DNA of 63,969 nucleotides, counting the filler, from Planctomycetota bacterium (GTDB taxonomy: Bacteria > Planctomycetota > Planctomycetia > JALXBF01): assembly GCA_026991575.1 (NCBI GenBank). It is 3 parts of 3 records of this genome, joined end to end, with 100 filler letters (N's around TTAATTAATTAA, not from the genome) between each part and the next. Parts side by side here need not be neighbours in the genome. Positions count along the whole stretch, not along the records: positions 1 to 21,750 come from JALXBF010000060.1; 2 more parts are not named here. One strand, written 5' to 3'. The translations under genes and the position numbers were made by a program. Under the pieces are notes generated by a model. The model was not told the DNA's origin. It worked only from the letters and a program-made list of their open reading frames with translations, and searched no databases. This document shows, piece after piece, positions 1 to 8,903 of this stretch. The first letter of the stretch is position 1, and the number at the start of each line of letters is the position of its first letter.

Positions 1-153
1 CCATTGAAGCTCGCCCTCGCGGACGACTTGGGCCTGGATGTCGAGGTTTCCGTGGCCCCCCCGCCACGGCCCCATTGAAGCCTAGACGGAGTTTGGCACA
101 GAATTTTCGTGCATGCGGTTTCCGTGGCCCCCCCGCCACGGCCCCATTGAAGC
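1..153 (+). CRISPR. End of a CRISPR array with type I-G-like 36-nt repeat GTTTCCGTGGCCCCCCCGCCACGGCCCCATTGAAGC; continues beyond window start
   Basis: Partial repeat 1-10, full identical repeats 46-81 and 118-153, spacers of 35 and 36 nt. Internal stem CCGTGGC/GCCACGG. 3' ATTGAAGC end sets orientation. Adjacent to I-G cas genes. Confidence 0.95.
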
Positions 154-478
154 GCGTTCGGGTCCAGATCAACACCGCCCAGAAGAAGAGACACGCCGCC
201 GGCAGAGTACCAGCCAGGAGGTAGACAGTGCCCCCAAGGCGCTGAGCCAAACAGCTATCCCGGGCAGAACCAGCAAGAAGGGCAGACATCGACGTGCCGA
301 ACACGAGTCGACGGGCCTATGCGGATCGGCTCCGTTCGCTCCCGCGTCGCAACCATACGAGACCTAATCCCCCGATGCAGGCGATCGCCCACCACAGCAA
401 ATGGCACCCACCTCGATGAACTGGCCAAGGGTCCTCACGCATCCGGTAGGCCGGCAGCTAGCGCCGCCCGGCCAGCAA

Positions 479-1486
479 TCAAGGGGCAAACTCAGCAGCC
501 TCCGTTGACGCAAAGTAGTAATACCCCTTTCCCACCACCTGCCGACGCGCCACGAGAACCTGCACCACGTCCGCCGCTGCCGCCACGCCGCCGGCGTGAG
601 AGGGTTGCCACAGGAGCGTACGCACACCGTCCAGATCCAGAGCCCGCCGCCAGAGCGGGAACACCAGGGCACCGATTCCCCAGTTGTCTCCCGCCCGGTA
701 ACCCGGAACACGCACCCCCGCCGTAGCTAAGGCGACCGGGTACAACGGCAACGCGACCGACGCAAGCACGTTGGCCGCCAACTCACTGCCGCGGATCAAC
801 GTCCCGACTGCCGAACGCGACTCCCCGGCGTAGGCAACGCGATGGAACAGATCATCCCGGGGATGCCACCGCAGCGCACTGCTGCCACCGCCAGGAACGG
901 ATTGGTCGAAGCGCCATCGACTGAATAGCGCGCGCCTTACCTCGGCTTTCGGGTCCGACTGCGAAATGTGGCGTGTCAACTCCAACAAGGTCAGGTAGAA
1001 CGACTGCCGACCCGCGCCCGCGAACGCCGAAAGGGGCGTCACGGCCACCTTATCCTCGTCGTTCTCATCGACACGCTCACCCGTGGTCCATGCGGCCAGC
1101 TGAGCCCACGCCTCAGCCGCTGCCGCAGTCCCCAGCTGGTTGCTCGCGGAGCCAAGCTGTTGGAACAACCGCCCGATCCGTTCACGGTCGAACATGTTCT
1201 GAATGTCGGGCGTATCGCTCGTGGAACCGCCCTGGCCGAGCCACTGCACCGCAGGTGTAAAGACATTCGCCAGCCACCGCGCTATCACCTCACAGAAGTC
1301 GTCCTCCGTGTATCCCCGAGGACAGTACCAGACCGGCCGCCAGCCAACACCCAGCCGCCACGCAAGCCCAAACGTCTCCTCAGGCCGGGCCAGCGTCACC
1401 GCGCGCAACGTCCCCAACGCGCACAGGTACCCCAACAACGAGCCTGCATCCGGACCAACGCCCGGTAACTCAACCCAGCCGCTCAC
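479..1486 (-). CDS. csb3: Type I-G short large subunit (Csb3/Cas8g2-like), ~335 aa
   Basis: GTG at 1486 overlaps the cas3 stop (GTGA). N-terminal LPG...LLGYLCALGTLR resembles Cas8g N-termini. Position after cas3. Confidence 0.7.
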   Translation of the reverse strand: MSGWVELPGVGPDAGSLLGYLCALGTLRAVTLARPEETFGLAWRLGVGWRPVWYCPRGYTEDDFCEVIARWLANVFTPAVQWLGQGGSTSDTPDIQNMFDRERIGRLFQQLGSASNQLGTAAAAEAWAQLAAWTTGERVDENDEDKVAVTPLSAFAGAGRQSFYLTLLELTRHISQSDPKAEVRRALFSRWRFDQSVPGGGSSALRWHPRDDLFHRVAYAGESRSAVGTLIRGSELAANVLASVALPLYPVALATAGVRVPGYRAGDNWGIGALVFPLWRRALDLDGVRTLLWQPSHAGGVAAAADVVQVLVARRQVVGKGYYYFASTEAAEFAP

Positions 1487-4434
1487 AGCACTCCTCCCCG
1501 CGCACTGACCCAATGATCCGCTAGCCTCAGAATCGCCTCCAACCACGCCAGCCCATGCCAACCCAACCGCCGCTGCCAAGCCCAGAACCGCTGCTCCACA
1601 CCTTCCCCCAACTTACTCAGCAGATGTGGACGACGCACATCAGCCAGCCCTGGTAAGTCATCCGAAAGCATCAGCTCACCTTCTTCCACGTCCGGCACGA
1701 AGGCACCGTGGGGCCGAGCGTATCCGTGATGCGATTCGATCAGGTGCAGCACGAGCGTCCACCGCTCGCCATGATCATCATCCCGAACCAGCTGCTGAGC
1801 AAGCCACGACGACAACAGCTCGTGCCGCCAACCACGCGGCAGCCCCGCCTCGCGTCGACGCCGCTCCGCTGCCGCGCGCGTCCGCAGCGCGGGCCCCGGC
1901 GGCGACTTGGCCAGCGGACTGCCCGTCACGCTCCACCACGGTCGGCCCTGCAGCAAAGCCTGGAAGCGCCGTTCCGCCTTGCCCAAATCATGCCACCGCG
2001 CCGCCGCACGCAGCGCTTCAGCAATCTCCTCGCACAGCCCAAGCCGATCGGCGACCCCGGCAACCACCTGCTCAACCGCTCGCAAATGTTCCGCTAGCGG
2101 CACCGGCTCACGCGCATGGCCTGCCGCCAGATCGTCCTCTGTGGACGCTACCCCGCGCTCCGCCGGCGCCACCACCGCAAAACCTCCGCCCAGCAACGGC
2201 ACCAAGCGGAGTGAACGGCGGCCAGAGGCGGTCCTGAGCCGCCTGACGAGGTGCTGCGCCACTTCGTGGGCCCAGCCCGGAACACCGTCGCTCGCCACCA
2301 CTTTCTCCAACCACTGCAAGCATGCTTCGAAAACCTCCTCCGGCCCCTCTTCTTCACTGTCTGCATCGAATGCGGGTAAGGCTGCCCGCAATTCTGCCGG
2401 TGCCCACCAGGCGACCGTGCGTGGGTCGAGCCGCAGCACGGGGCGCCGTCGGCCCAGCCAGTTGGCCTCATCGCCCAGGTCGGGGACCGGATCTGCTGCC
2501 TCCGGATCCCAGTTGCCGTCGCGCAGACCACCGTAACTGGCCGGGACAACGATTGTGTCGTTGGGACGAAGCTCCCAGTCGCGAACCACACGCGGTGATT
2601 CGTCCGCACCCTGCCACCGCAACGCAAGCCGTCCGGCCGCAGCGCGGGACCGATCTTCCAGGGCCGCTTCTCGAGCATTGCCCTCCACATCGCTGACGTC
2701 GGCCGCCCCCGTCGGCTCGGCTTCTCTGCGCAGCCAGGCCCTGACCGTCGGCAAAGGCAGAGCGAGCGACTCCAGTGTGGACGGTGGCACTGCCGAGAGC
2801 TGTTCGTGGATCCGGTGAAGCGTGTCAGCGTCGCCCAGAGCCGCTCTCAGCATGTCCTCCTCAAGATCTGCCCGCCACACGACCTGAACCTCCGGCACGC
2901 CGCGCTCCCTGCCGTGCAACCAGGCCGCGACGTCGGGATCGGCAGAGGGGGGCGGGGAGGTACAGGACCAGAGATCGAGCGTTGCGGGAAACAGTACGGG
3001 CGGTTCTGGCGTTGGCGCCCAGTAGGCAGAGTCGCTCGGTGGGATCAGCGCCAATACGGAAAGGTCGGTAACGGAACGACGCTTGCTTCGGCTCAGCAGC
3101 TCAAACGTCGGGCGCATGCTGTTGCCGTAGACCGGGTCGGTGTAGCGGGCGGCGAGTTGGTCGGCGTGCGCGAGAACCACCACCGGGGCCGGTTTCTCGT
3201 AGTGGCCAAAGCGGTTCACCCGACCGGCCCGTTGCAGCAGTGCATCAAGACTGGCGCATTCGGTAACGAGCGCGTCGAAATCGAAGTCAGCTCCCACTTC
3301 GATACACTGCGTCGCCACCACGACCGCTTTCCATCCGGGGGGGCGATCATCGCGCCGTTGCAGGTGGCTGCGCCAACCGCTATCCAGCAGATGATCGCGG
3401 TCCAGCGGCCTCATGCGGCCGGTCAGAAGCAGGACTTCTAGATCGAGCGAATCGCGCAGCAGATCCGCCACCCGCCTTGCCGTGGCGACGCGATTCACGA
3501 CGACAGCAACCAGGTTGTGCTCTTCCAGTAGCTGCCGCGCGTGTCTTGCCGCGGCTCTTGCCACGTCTTCGCGGACCACCGCGGCCTGCACGGCGTCGTC
3601 GTCGGCCTTCTGCGACCGCGGCAGCTTCTCGGTCCGGACCGGTCGAGCCGCTCGGAGCCGCGGGGCCAGGGCCGGGTCTTGCGTCTCTTCGTCAGTGAGT
3701 TCAAAAAGGCGCTCTGCGTTCAGCCGACCGGGCGTGGCCGTCATGCGCACGATCACGAAGCGGTGTGGCAGATCCCCACGCACGGGTTCCAGCGACTGTA
3801 GCGCCGAAAGCGTTTCCTCGAAGGGACGCGACAGGTGCACTTCGTCGAGCAGAAACAGCACATCGTTTCCCAATAACCCGGCGTGAACCGGTCGCATCGA
3901 GTTGCTAACGCCGTAGCCGCGAAACAGCAGACGCGAACCTGCCTGATCAACCGTCGTCAGCAGAACGACCGGTTCGTCTGCTCGATTGACCCACGTCTCT
4001 TCGCGCGGCATCCCGCCGCGAAGCCGCGCAACATGCAGGGGGCTCTCCATCGGTTGCTCTCCGCTCAGTGCCGCTAACCGGCGGGCGACCTCGCCGACCA
4101 CCGACTCCGGCGCTGCTTCAGACAGTGCCTGCTGGATGCGGCGGGCACGTTCGTATGCCTGGTCAACGACCACACGACGGTCGATGACGTACACGATGCG
4201 CAGCGGGTGGGTGCGCGTGCGAAAGCGATCCGGACTTGCTGGATCGAGCTGTAGGGCGAGCGCGAAGAGGGCCACGTCGATTGCGGCGGTCTTGCCAGCG
4301 CCGGTTGGCACGACCAGCGCGTCGGGCCAACCACGGCAGACCACCTCGTTGAGCAATCGTTGTTGCCAGGCGAATGGGCGATAACCGTGGATTGCCTCCA
4401 TCCAGCTGGTGAAATCATCGACGGCAAGCTTCAT
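1483..4434 (-). CDS. cas3: Type I-G Cas3 helicase-nuclease with C-terminal HD domain
   Basis: PFAWQ, PTGAGKT, DRRVVVDQ, LLDEVH, ATQCIEVGADFD, QRAGRVNR helicase motifs. C-terminal WHDLGK...RHE...HHG...LRLAD. ATG at 4434 overlaps the csb2 stop (ATGA). Confidence 0.95.
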   Translation of the reverse strand: MKLAVDDFTSWMEAIHGYRPFAWQQRLLNEVVCRGWPDALVVPTGAGKTAAIDVALFALALQLDPASPDRFRTRTHPLRIVYVIDRRVVVDQAYERARRIQQALSEAAPESVVGEVARRLAALSGEQPMESPLHVARLRGGMPREETWVNRADEPVVLLTTVDQAGSRLLFRGYGVSNSMRPVHAGLLGNDVLFLLDEVHLSRPFEETLSALQSLEPVRGDLPHRFVIVRMTATPGRLNAERLFELTDEETQDPALAPRLRAARPVRTEKLPRSQKADDDAVQAAVVREDVARAAARHARQLLEEHNLVAVVVNRVATARRVADLLRDSLDLEVLLLTGRMRPLDRDHLLDSGWRSHLQRRDDRPPGWKAVVVATQCIEVGADFDFDALVTECASLDALLQRAGRVNRFGHYEKPAPVVVLAHADQLAARYTDPVYGNSMRPTFELLSRSKRRSVTDLSVLALIPPSDSAYWAPTPEPPVLFPATLDLWSCTSPPPSADPDVAAWLHGRERGVPEVQVVWRADLEEDMLRAALGDADTLHRIHEQLSAVPPSTLESLALPLPTVRAWLRREAEPTGAADVSDVEGNAREAALEDRSRAAAGRLALRWQGADESPRVVRDWELRPNDTIVVPASYGGLRDGNWDPEAADPVPDLGDEANWLGRRRPVLRLDPRTVAWWAPAELRAALPAFDADSEEEGPEEVFEACLQWLEKVVASDGVPGWAHEVAQHLVRRLRTASGRRSLRLVPLLGGGFAVVAPAERGVASTEDDLAAGHAREPVPLAEHLRAVEQVVAGVADRLGLCEEIAEALRAAARWHDLGKAERRFQALLQGRPWWSVTGSPLAKSPPGPALRTRAAAERRRREAGLPRGWRHELLSSWLAQQLVRDDDHGERWTLVLHLIESHHGYARPHGAFVPDVEEGELMLSDDLPGLADVRRPHLLSKLGEGVEQRFWAWQRRLGWHGLAWLEAILRLADHWVSARGGVL

Positions 4435-6128
4435 GAATGCCGCTCCCCCTCGGGCATACACAGACCCAGGCCCTGGTAACGCCCGGCACCCAGCACGACG
4501 GGGCCCTCCACGGGACAAGGAAAGATCAGCCGGGCATGGAGTAACACGCGACGGAAGCGGCCTGGGCCGTTCCGCCGCGGGAATGGTGCGAAGTCACGGG
4601 CAGGGCGCACGGCGGGCACGAAGCCGAAGCTGTCCAGCGTGACGTCCGCCGGTTCTGGCAGCCCGATGCGCTGGCAGGCTGCGCGCACGGTTGCCTCTGC
4701 CTCCTGCCAGGCTCGTTCGCGCTGCGCCGTTACGGGACTGAAGAGCTTACCCGGGTTGCGGTCCAGGGCGATCGGGGTCACCGTGACCCAGCGGCGCGCC
4801 GGACGGACCCAGGTCCAGGGATCCAGCGTTTGGAGCGTGGTCCACGCTGGACTGCGCTCCAGCAGCCAGACACCGAGCCGGCCCATGCGCAGTGGTGCAG
4901 CACCGTTGCCCCGATCGAGCCATCGCTGCAGAGCGGTCTCCAGTGCTGGTACGGCATGCTGGGCCTGCTGCGGCAAAACCAGAGCCACGCCCCGTAGCGC
5001 GCCATCCGCGTGACGGTGACCGACCCAGGGCAGCGGAAGCACAGCCAGGTGCGGCTGATCAAGCGGGCTGCCGTCAGGGCGGTGTCCGCTGAGGACGGAT
5101 GGGATCGGTTCGGGGGCATGAGCTAAGAGTGCGCGGCGCACGGCCTCGGCAACTTCCGGCGCACAGCAGGCAGGCAACCAGGGGCCGTCGACGCGGCAAA
5201 GGGAAATCCAGTAGCCGCTCAGCACGCTACGGACCGGCTCTCGTTCCCCCTCAGCCACGGCGACCTCCTGTCGGTACGGGTGCATGCCTGTGGGCAGGAT
5301 TCTGCCTTCCATGGCACGTTCTGTGTCGGTGAGGGCGGTCAGTTCTTGGAGCAGGCCCTGCGTGGGGACTCTCAACCAGACCTGCGTGCGCTGCTCCGTT
5401 GTTGGTTGCCAGCACCTGAACTGGGGATCGTCTCGGTACTGTGCAACCTTCTCTTCGTCCACCACGCGACATGCCACCATGCTGCTGGAGTGGCCCAGAC
5501 GGACAACGCGGGCGCATAGCGCAGCAAGTGTCGCGCGCAGCTCATCGTCTGGCTGCCACTCAGGCCAGAGATACAACACAGTTGGTTGAGACGGCACGAC
5601 CACCGGGAAAGAGCGAAGTTTACGTTCCTTGTGAGTGAGCAGGTCCGGGGCTTTCTGGCGAGTCGTGCGTTGCAGATAGTTGTCGAGTGCCTCGAGTGTT
5701 TCGAGCAACCGCTTGTGGGCTCGCTCAGCCGCCTTCGCTGCCTTCTGCCGCTCGCTGTCGTTGTGGGCCTCCTGCAAGCGGCGTTGAGCTTGCTCGACTT
5801 TGGTGATCGCCACCCTAACGGCTTGGACTTTCTTAGACACCCGGTGAACGTCGTGGGCGGCGACGTCGTTGGTTGGGACATACACCTCTGGCGCGACCCG
5901 GCGATGAGCGTCGGTGGCGGCAAACACATGGGGCGGCGGCTGCCGCTCTAGGGCGAGCAGCGCGCGGCGCTCGGACTGAGTGGACGAGCCGTCCGGTGTG
6001 CTGTACAGCGCATCGACCAATGCGTAGAACAGCCGCACCGGATGAGGGGGCCACTCGACGTCGCGGACCCGGCCGGGAGGCGACAGCTGCGCACGACCGA
6101 GCAGAAATTCGACCTCGATCGCCAGCAT
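4431..6128 (-). CDS. csb2: Type I-G Csb2 (Cas5/Cas6 fusion)
   Basis: EWPPHPVRLFYALV, LGHSSS, WVTVTP and C-terminal GPVVLGAGRYQGLGLC glycine-rich loop. Confidence 0.92.
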   Translation of the reverse strand: MLAIEVEFLLGRAQLSPPGRVRDVEWPPHPVRLFYALVDALYSTPDGSSTQSERRALLALERQPPPHVFAATDAHRRVAPEVYVPTNDVAAHDVHRVSKKVQAVRVAITKVEQAQRRLQEAHNDSERQKAAKAAERAHKRLLETLEALDNYLQRTTRQKAPDLLTHKERKLRSFPVVVPSQPTVLYLWPEWQPDDELRATLAALCARVVRLGHSSSMVACRVVDEEKVAQYRDDPQFRCWQPTTEQRTQVWLRVPTQGLLQELTALTDTERAMEGRILPTGMHPYRQEVAVAEGEREPVRSVLSGYWISLCRVDGPWLPACCAPEVAEAVRRALLAHAPEPIPSVLSGHRPDGSPLDQPHLAVLPLPWVGHRHADGALRGVALVLPQQAQHAVPALETALQRWLDRGNGAAPLRMGRLGVWLLERSPAWTTLQTLDPWTWVRPARRWVTVTPIALDRNPGKLFSPVTAQRERAWQEAEATVRAACQRIGLPEPADVTLDSFGFVPAVRPARDFAPFPRRNGPGRFRRVLLHARLIFPCPVEGPVVLGAGRYQGLGLCMPEGERHS

Positions 6129-6131
6129 CGC

Positions 6132-7472
6132 TTACCCCTCGAACCCTTCCTGGCGGATCTTCACGAGATTCTGGCTTAGCAGGTCGCGAAATGCGGGGGT
6201 CAGTTCAAGAGCTATCTCCAGAGGCGCGTCGTCGGGACGGTTCCTTTCCCAGTTCATCCCCACGCCGGCTGCCTCTTCCAGGGCCTGATCCAACAGCCCG
6301 TGCGCAGACTCAGTCGACAGCGTGTACGGGCCTTCGACCTGGCCGTCCGACGTGCGCAACAGCTCCAACTGCAGTTCATCCGTGGGGCAGAGCAGGCAGC
6401 GGCTGCGCAGCGCGTAGCCCGATTCACGCATGCGACATAGGGCCACCAGTGCCAGCGCAGCCAGCGCGGTGCGCGCCGCCAGTTCGGCCCGGGCGCGATC
6501 CGTGTGCGGTCGCCCGTCCAGCCGCTGCGGGAAGAACAGGCGGCGCAGGCCTGCCAGACTGAGCACCCAGGTGTGCAGGGCGTACTCGAGCGTCACACCC
6601 CCTGCTTCTTCATCAATCTGAGGGGCGACGTTGCCGTGGTTGATGACCGCGGGGGTCCCCTTTTCCCGCTTCCCCTTCCGCTGGTACTTGACCGGCTCAC
6701 CCTTTTCTTTCTTTGCTTCTTCCGGTTTGACCGTCCACGGAGTCCCGATCCGCTGCTGATGTGCCTCATCAGCCAGGTAGATATCTACCTTCTCGATGCG
6801 GAGCGGGTCGATTCGGCTAGCCACCTTGGCACCAAGCTGGGCTCCCACGCCCACAATCTCTGAGACTACGGAACGGGCAAACTTTGCGCCGAGTCCGCCC
6901 ATCTCGCCGGTGGAATCCCACACCCCGAAGATCAACGCCGTTGGACACCACAGATACAGCCCCGTTGCGTCCTGCGGGGACGACCGGGCAAAGGCCTTGC
7001 CCGGCGGCGAGTCGCGAAACGGCTGACCGTTCAAGAGACAATCGCGGAAGATCGCATCGGCGATCCGGTGCGGCGCATCCAGGACGGTGACGCGACCGTA
7101 GCTAAACAAGTCCCGGTCATTGCGCAGGTCAAGGTAGATCATTGGAATGCGCAGGCCGTCCTGCTGCCAGGCAGTGCGCAGCGCCTCCTCCATCCGATTC
7201 GCCTGCGATTGCACACTGTCCAGCAGGACGCACGGCTTCAGCTCGCCGTTAACCACCCGGTACTCGATGGCATACCGAGTGCGCACGTCCGCGGACGCCC
7301 GATTCCCGTCGGGCCAACGGAACGTCGCGGGCACGCGGATCGCATCGGAGAACGTTGGCGGAAACACCTTTGCTCCTGGTCCTTCCGCCGGCTGCAGCAC
7401 GAATCGGCCGCGAATCGCAACGTGCTTGCCCGCTACCGCATCCCTCAGCACACCGTAATCGAGCGACCTCAT
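6132..7472 (-). CDS. csb1: Type I-G Cas7 (Csb1)
   Basis: KVFPPTF, LLDSVQSQANRME, APHRIADA, PTALIFGVWDS, LRSRCLL motifs. Start reassigned to ATG 7472 after a GGGGGA RBS. Confidence 0.93.
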   Translation of the reverse strand: MRSLDYGVLRDAVAGKHVAIRGRFVLQPAEGPGAKVFPPTFSDAIRVPATFRWPDGNRASADVRTRYAIEYRVVNGELKPCVLLDSVQSQANRMEEALRTAWQQDGLRIPMIYLDLRNDRDLFSYGRVTVLDAPHRIADAIFRDCLLNGQPFRDSPPGKAFARSSPQDATGLYLWCPTALIFGVWDSTGEMGGLGAKFARSVVSEIVGVGAQLGAKVASRIDPLRIEKVDIYLADEAHQQRIGTPWTVKPEEAKKEKGEPVKYQRKGKREKGTPAVINHGNVAPQIDEEAGGVTLEYALHTWVLSLAGLRRLFFPQRLDGRPHTDRARAELAARTALAALALVALCRMRESGYALRSRCLLCPTDELQLELLRTSDGQVEGPYTLSTESAHGLLDQALEEAAGVGMNWERNRPDDAPLEIALELTPAFRDLLSQNLVKIRQEGFEG

Positions 7473-7697
7473 CGGCAATTCCCCCTGAAGCGTTTCCCAT
7501 GCTTGCAGTGGACCTGCAGCAGAGCGGTCCCCAAGCCGTGTGGCGGCACCCAGTGGCTGATAGCCTACTACATTGCCCGTCTGGTTGCAATCGCCTGCCC
7601 ACGTCCGCACCGATCTCGCCTTCCCTGCAGCGGCGTGAGCCGCTACAGTGGCCTGCCAAACAGGGGCACGTCTCCGTCGATGGGGAGCATCCGGACG

Positions 7698-8846
7698 ATG
7701 AACATCGCTCTCGTACACGACTGGCTGTTTCACATGCGCGGCGGTGAGCGGGTGCTGGAGCAGTTCTGCACCATGTTCCCCACCGCGCCGATCTACACCC
7801 TCTTCTACCGCCCCGAGAAGCTCAGCAACGTCATCCGCGAGCACCCCGTTCATGCCTCGCTGCTCAACATGCTCCCGGCCGTCCAACACTACTACCGCTA
7901 CCTGCTGCCCCTGTTCCCGGCAGCGGTGCAAACGGTTCGCATCCCGGAAGGCACGGAGGTGGTTCTTAGTGGCAGCCACTGCGCGGCAAAAGCCGTGCCA
8001 GTACCCCCCGGCGCCCGGCACATCTGCTACTGCCACAGTCCGATGCGATACCTGTGGCACCAGTTCGAGCTGTACTTTCCCCGCCGCCTGCGGGAATCGC
8101 CTGCCTGGGAGGTGCTCGGTCGTGTGATCGAGTGGCTGCGGGACTGGGACGTTGCCACGGCTGCCAATGTCGACACGTTCGTCGCTAACAGCTACACGGT
8201 ACGTGATCGGATCCGAGCCTGCTATGGCCGCGACGCACTGGTGATCTATCCACCGGTCGACACGGAGCGGTTCCGATCCCGGAACATGCCCAGGGAAGAT
8301 TTCTACCTGTGCGTCAGTGCCCTGGTGCCGTACAAGCGTGTGGACCTGGCGATTGCCGCCTGTCGGTTGTTGAAGCGCCGTCTGATCGTCGTGGGCGATG
8401 GCCCGCTTGCCCAGAAACTGCGCCGGCAGGCGGATGATGCTGGCGATCGGATTCGATTTCTGGGGTGGGTCGGTCAGGATGAGCTGATTGCGCTGTACAA
8501 CCGCTGCCGAGCAGTGCTGTTCCCGCCATTGGAGGACTTTGGGCTCGTGCCCGTGGAGGCCCAGGCGTGCGGCGCGCCGGTGATCTGCTTCGGCAAGGGA
8601 GGGGCGACCGAGACGGTGATTCCTCCGGAAAGCGGCGTGCGTCCGACGGGGATATGGTTCGAGACGCAGACGGTTGAGGCGCTGGCCGACGCGATCGTCC
8701 GCTTCGAACAGCTGCGGCGCTGGTTTGACCCGGCCGCTCTCCGCGCCAATGCCGAACGCTTCAACCTGGCCCGCTTCCGGGCGGCGTTCTACGATCTGGT
8801 ATACGGCGCCGCGTCGGAGCAACCAGCTCGAAGGCTCGCAGCATAA
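7698..8846 (+). CDS. GT4 family glycosyltransferase
   Basis: MNIALVHDWLFHMRGGERVL, YCHSPMRY, LVPYKRVD, EDFGLVPVEAQACG. Confidence 0.92.
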   Translation: MNIALVHDWLFHMRGGERVLEQFCTMFPTAPIYTLFYRPEKLSNVIREHPVHASLLNMLPAVQHYYRYLLPLFPAAVQTVRIPEGTEVVLSGSHCAAKAVPVPPGARHICYCHSPMRYLWHQFELYFPRRLRESPAWEVLGRVIEWLRDWDVATAANVDTFVANSYTVRDRIRACYGRDALVIYPPVDTERFRSRNMPREDFYLCVSALVPYKRVDLAIAACRLLKRRLIVVGDGPLAQKLRRQADDAGDRIRFLGWVGQDELIALYNRCRAVLFPPLEDFGLVPVEAQACGAPVICFGKGGATETVIPPESGVRPTGIWFETQTVEALADAIVRFEQLRRWFDPAALRANAERFNLARFRAAFYDLVYGAASEQPARRLAA

Positions 8847-8903
8847 CCGATCGCGGTGCGGGCAGCAGCCGGCGTCCCGGATGCGATCAACCTACCGGGC
8901 GAA

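Noticed and set aside
11..117. Possible self-targeting spacers
   Set aside because: No match noticed by eye within the window; outside targets cannot be assessed.
7068..8822. Apparent 896-aa Cas7 fusion (6132-8822) and 592-aa glycosyltransferase (7068-8846)
   Set aside because: The extensions are antisense shadows of each other's genes; RBS-supported starts are at 7472 and 7698.
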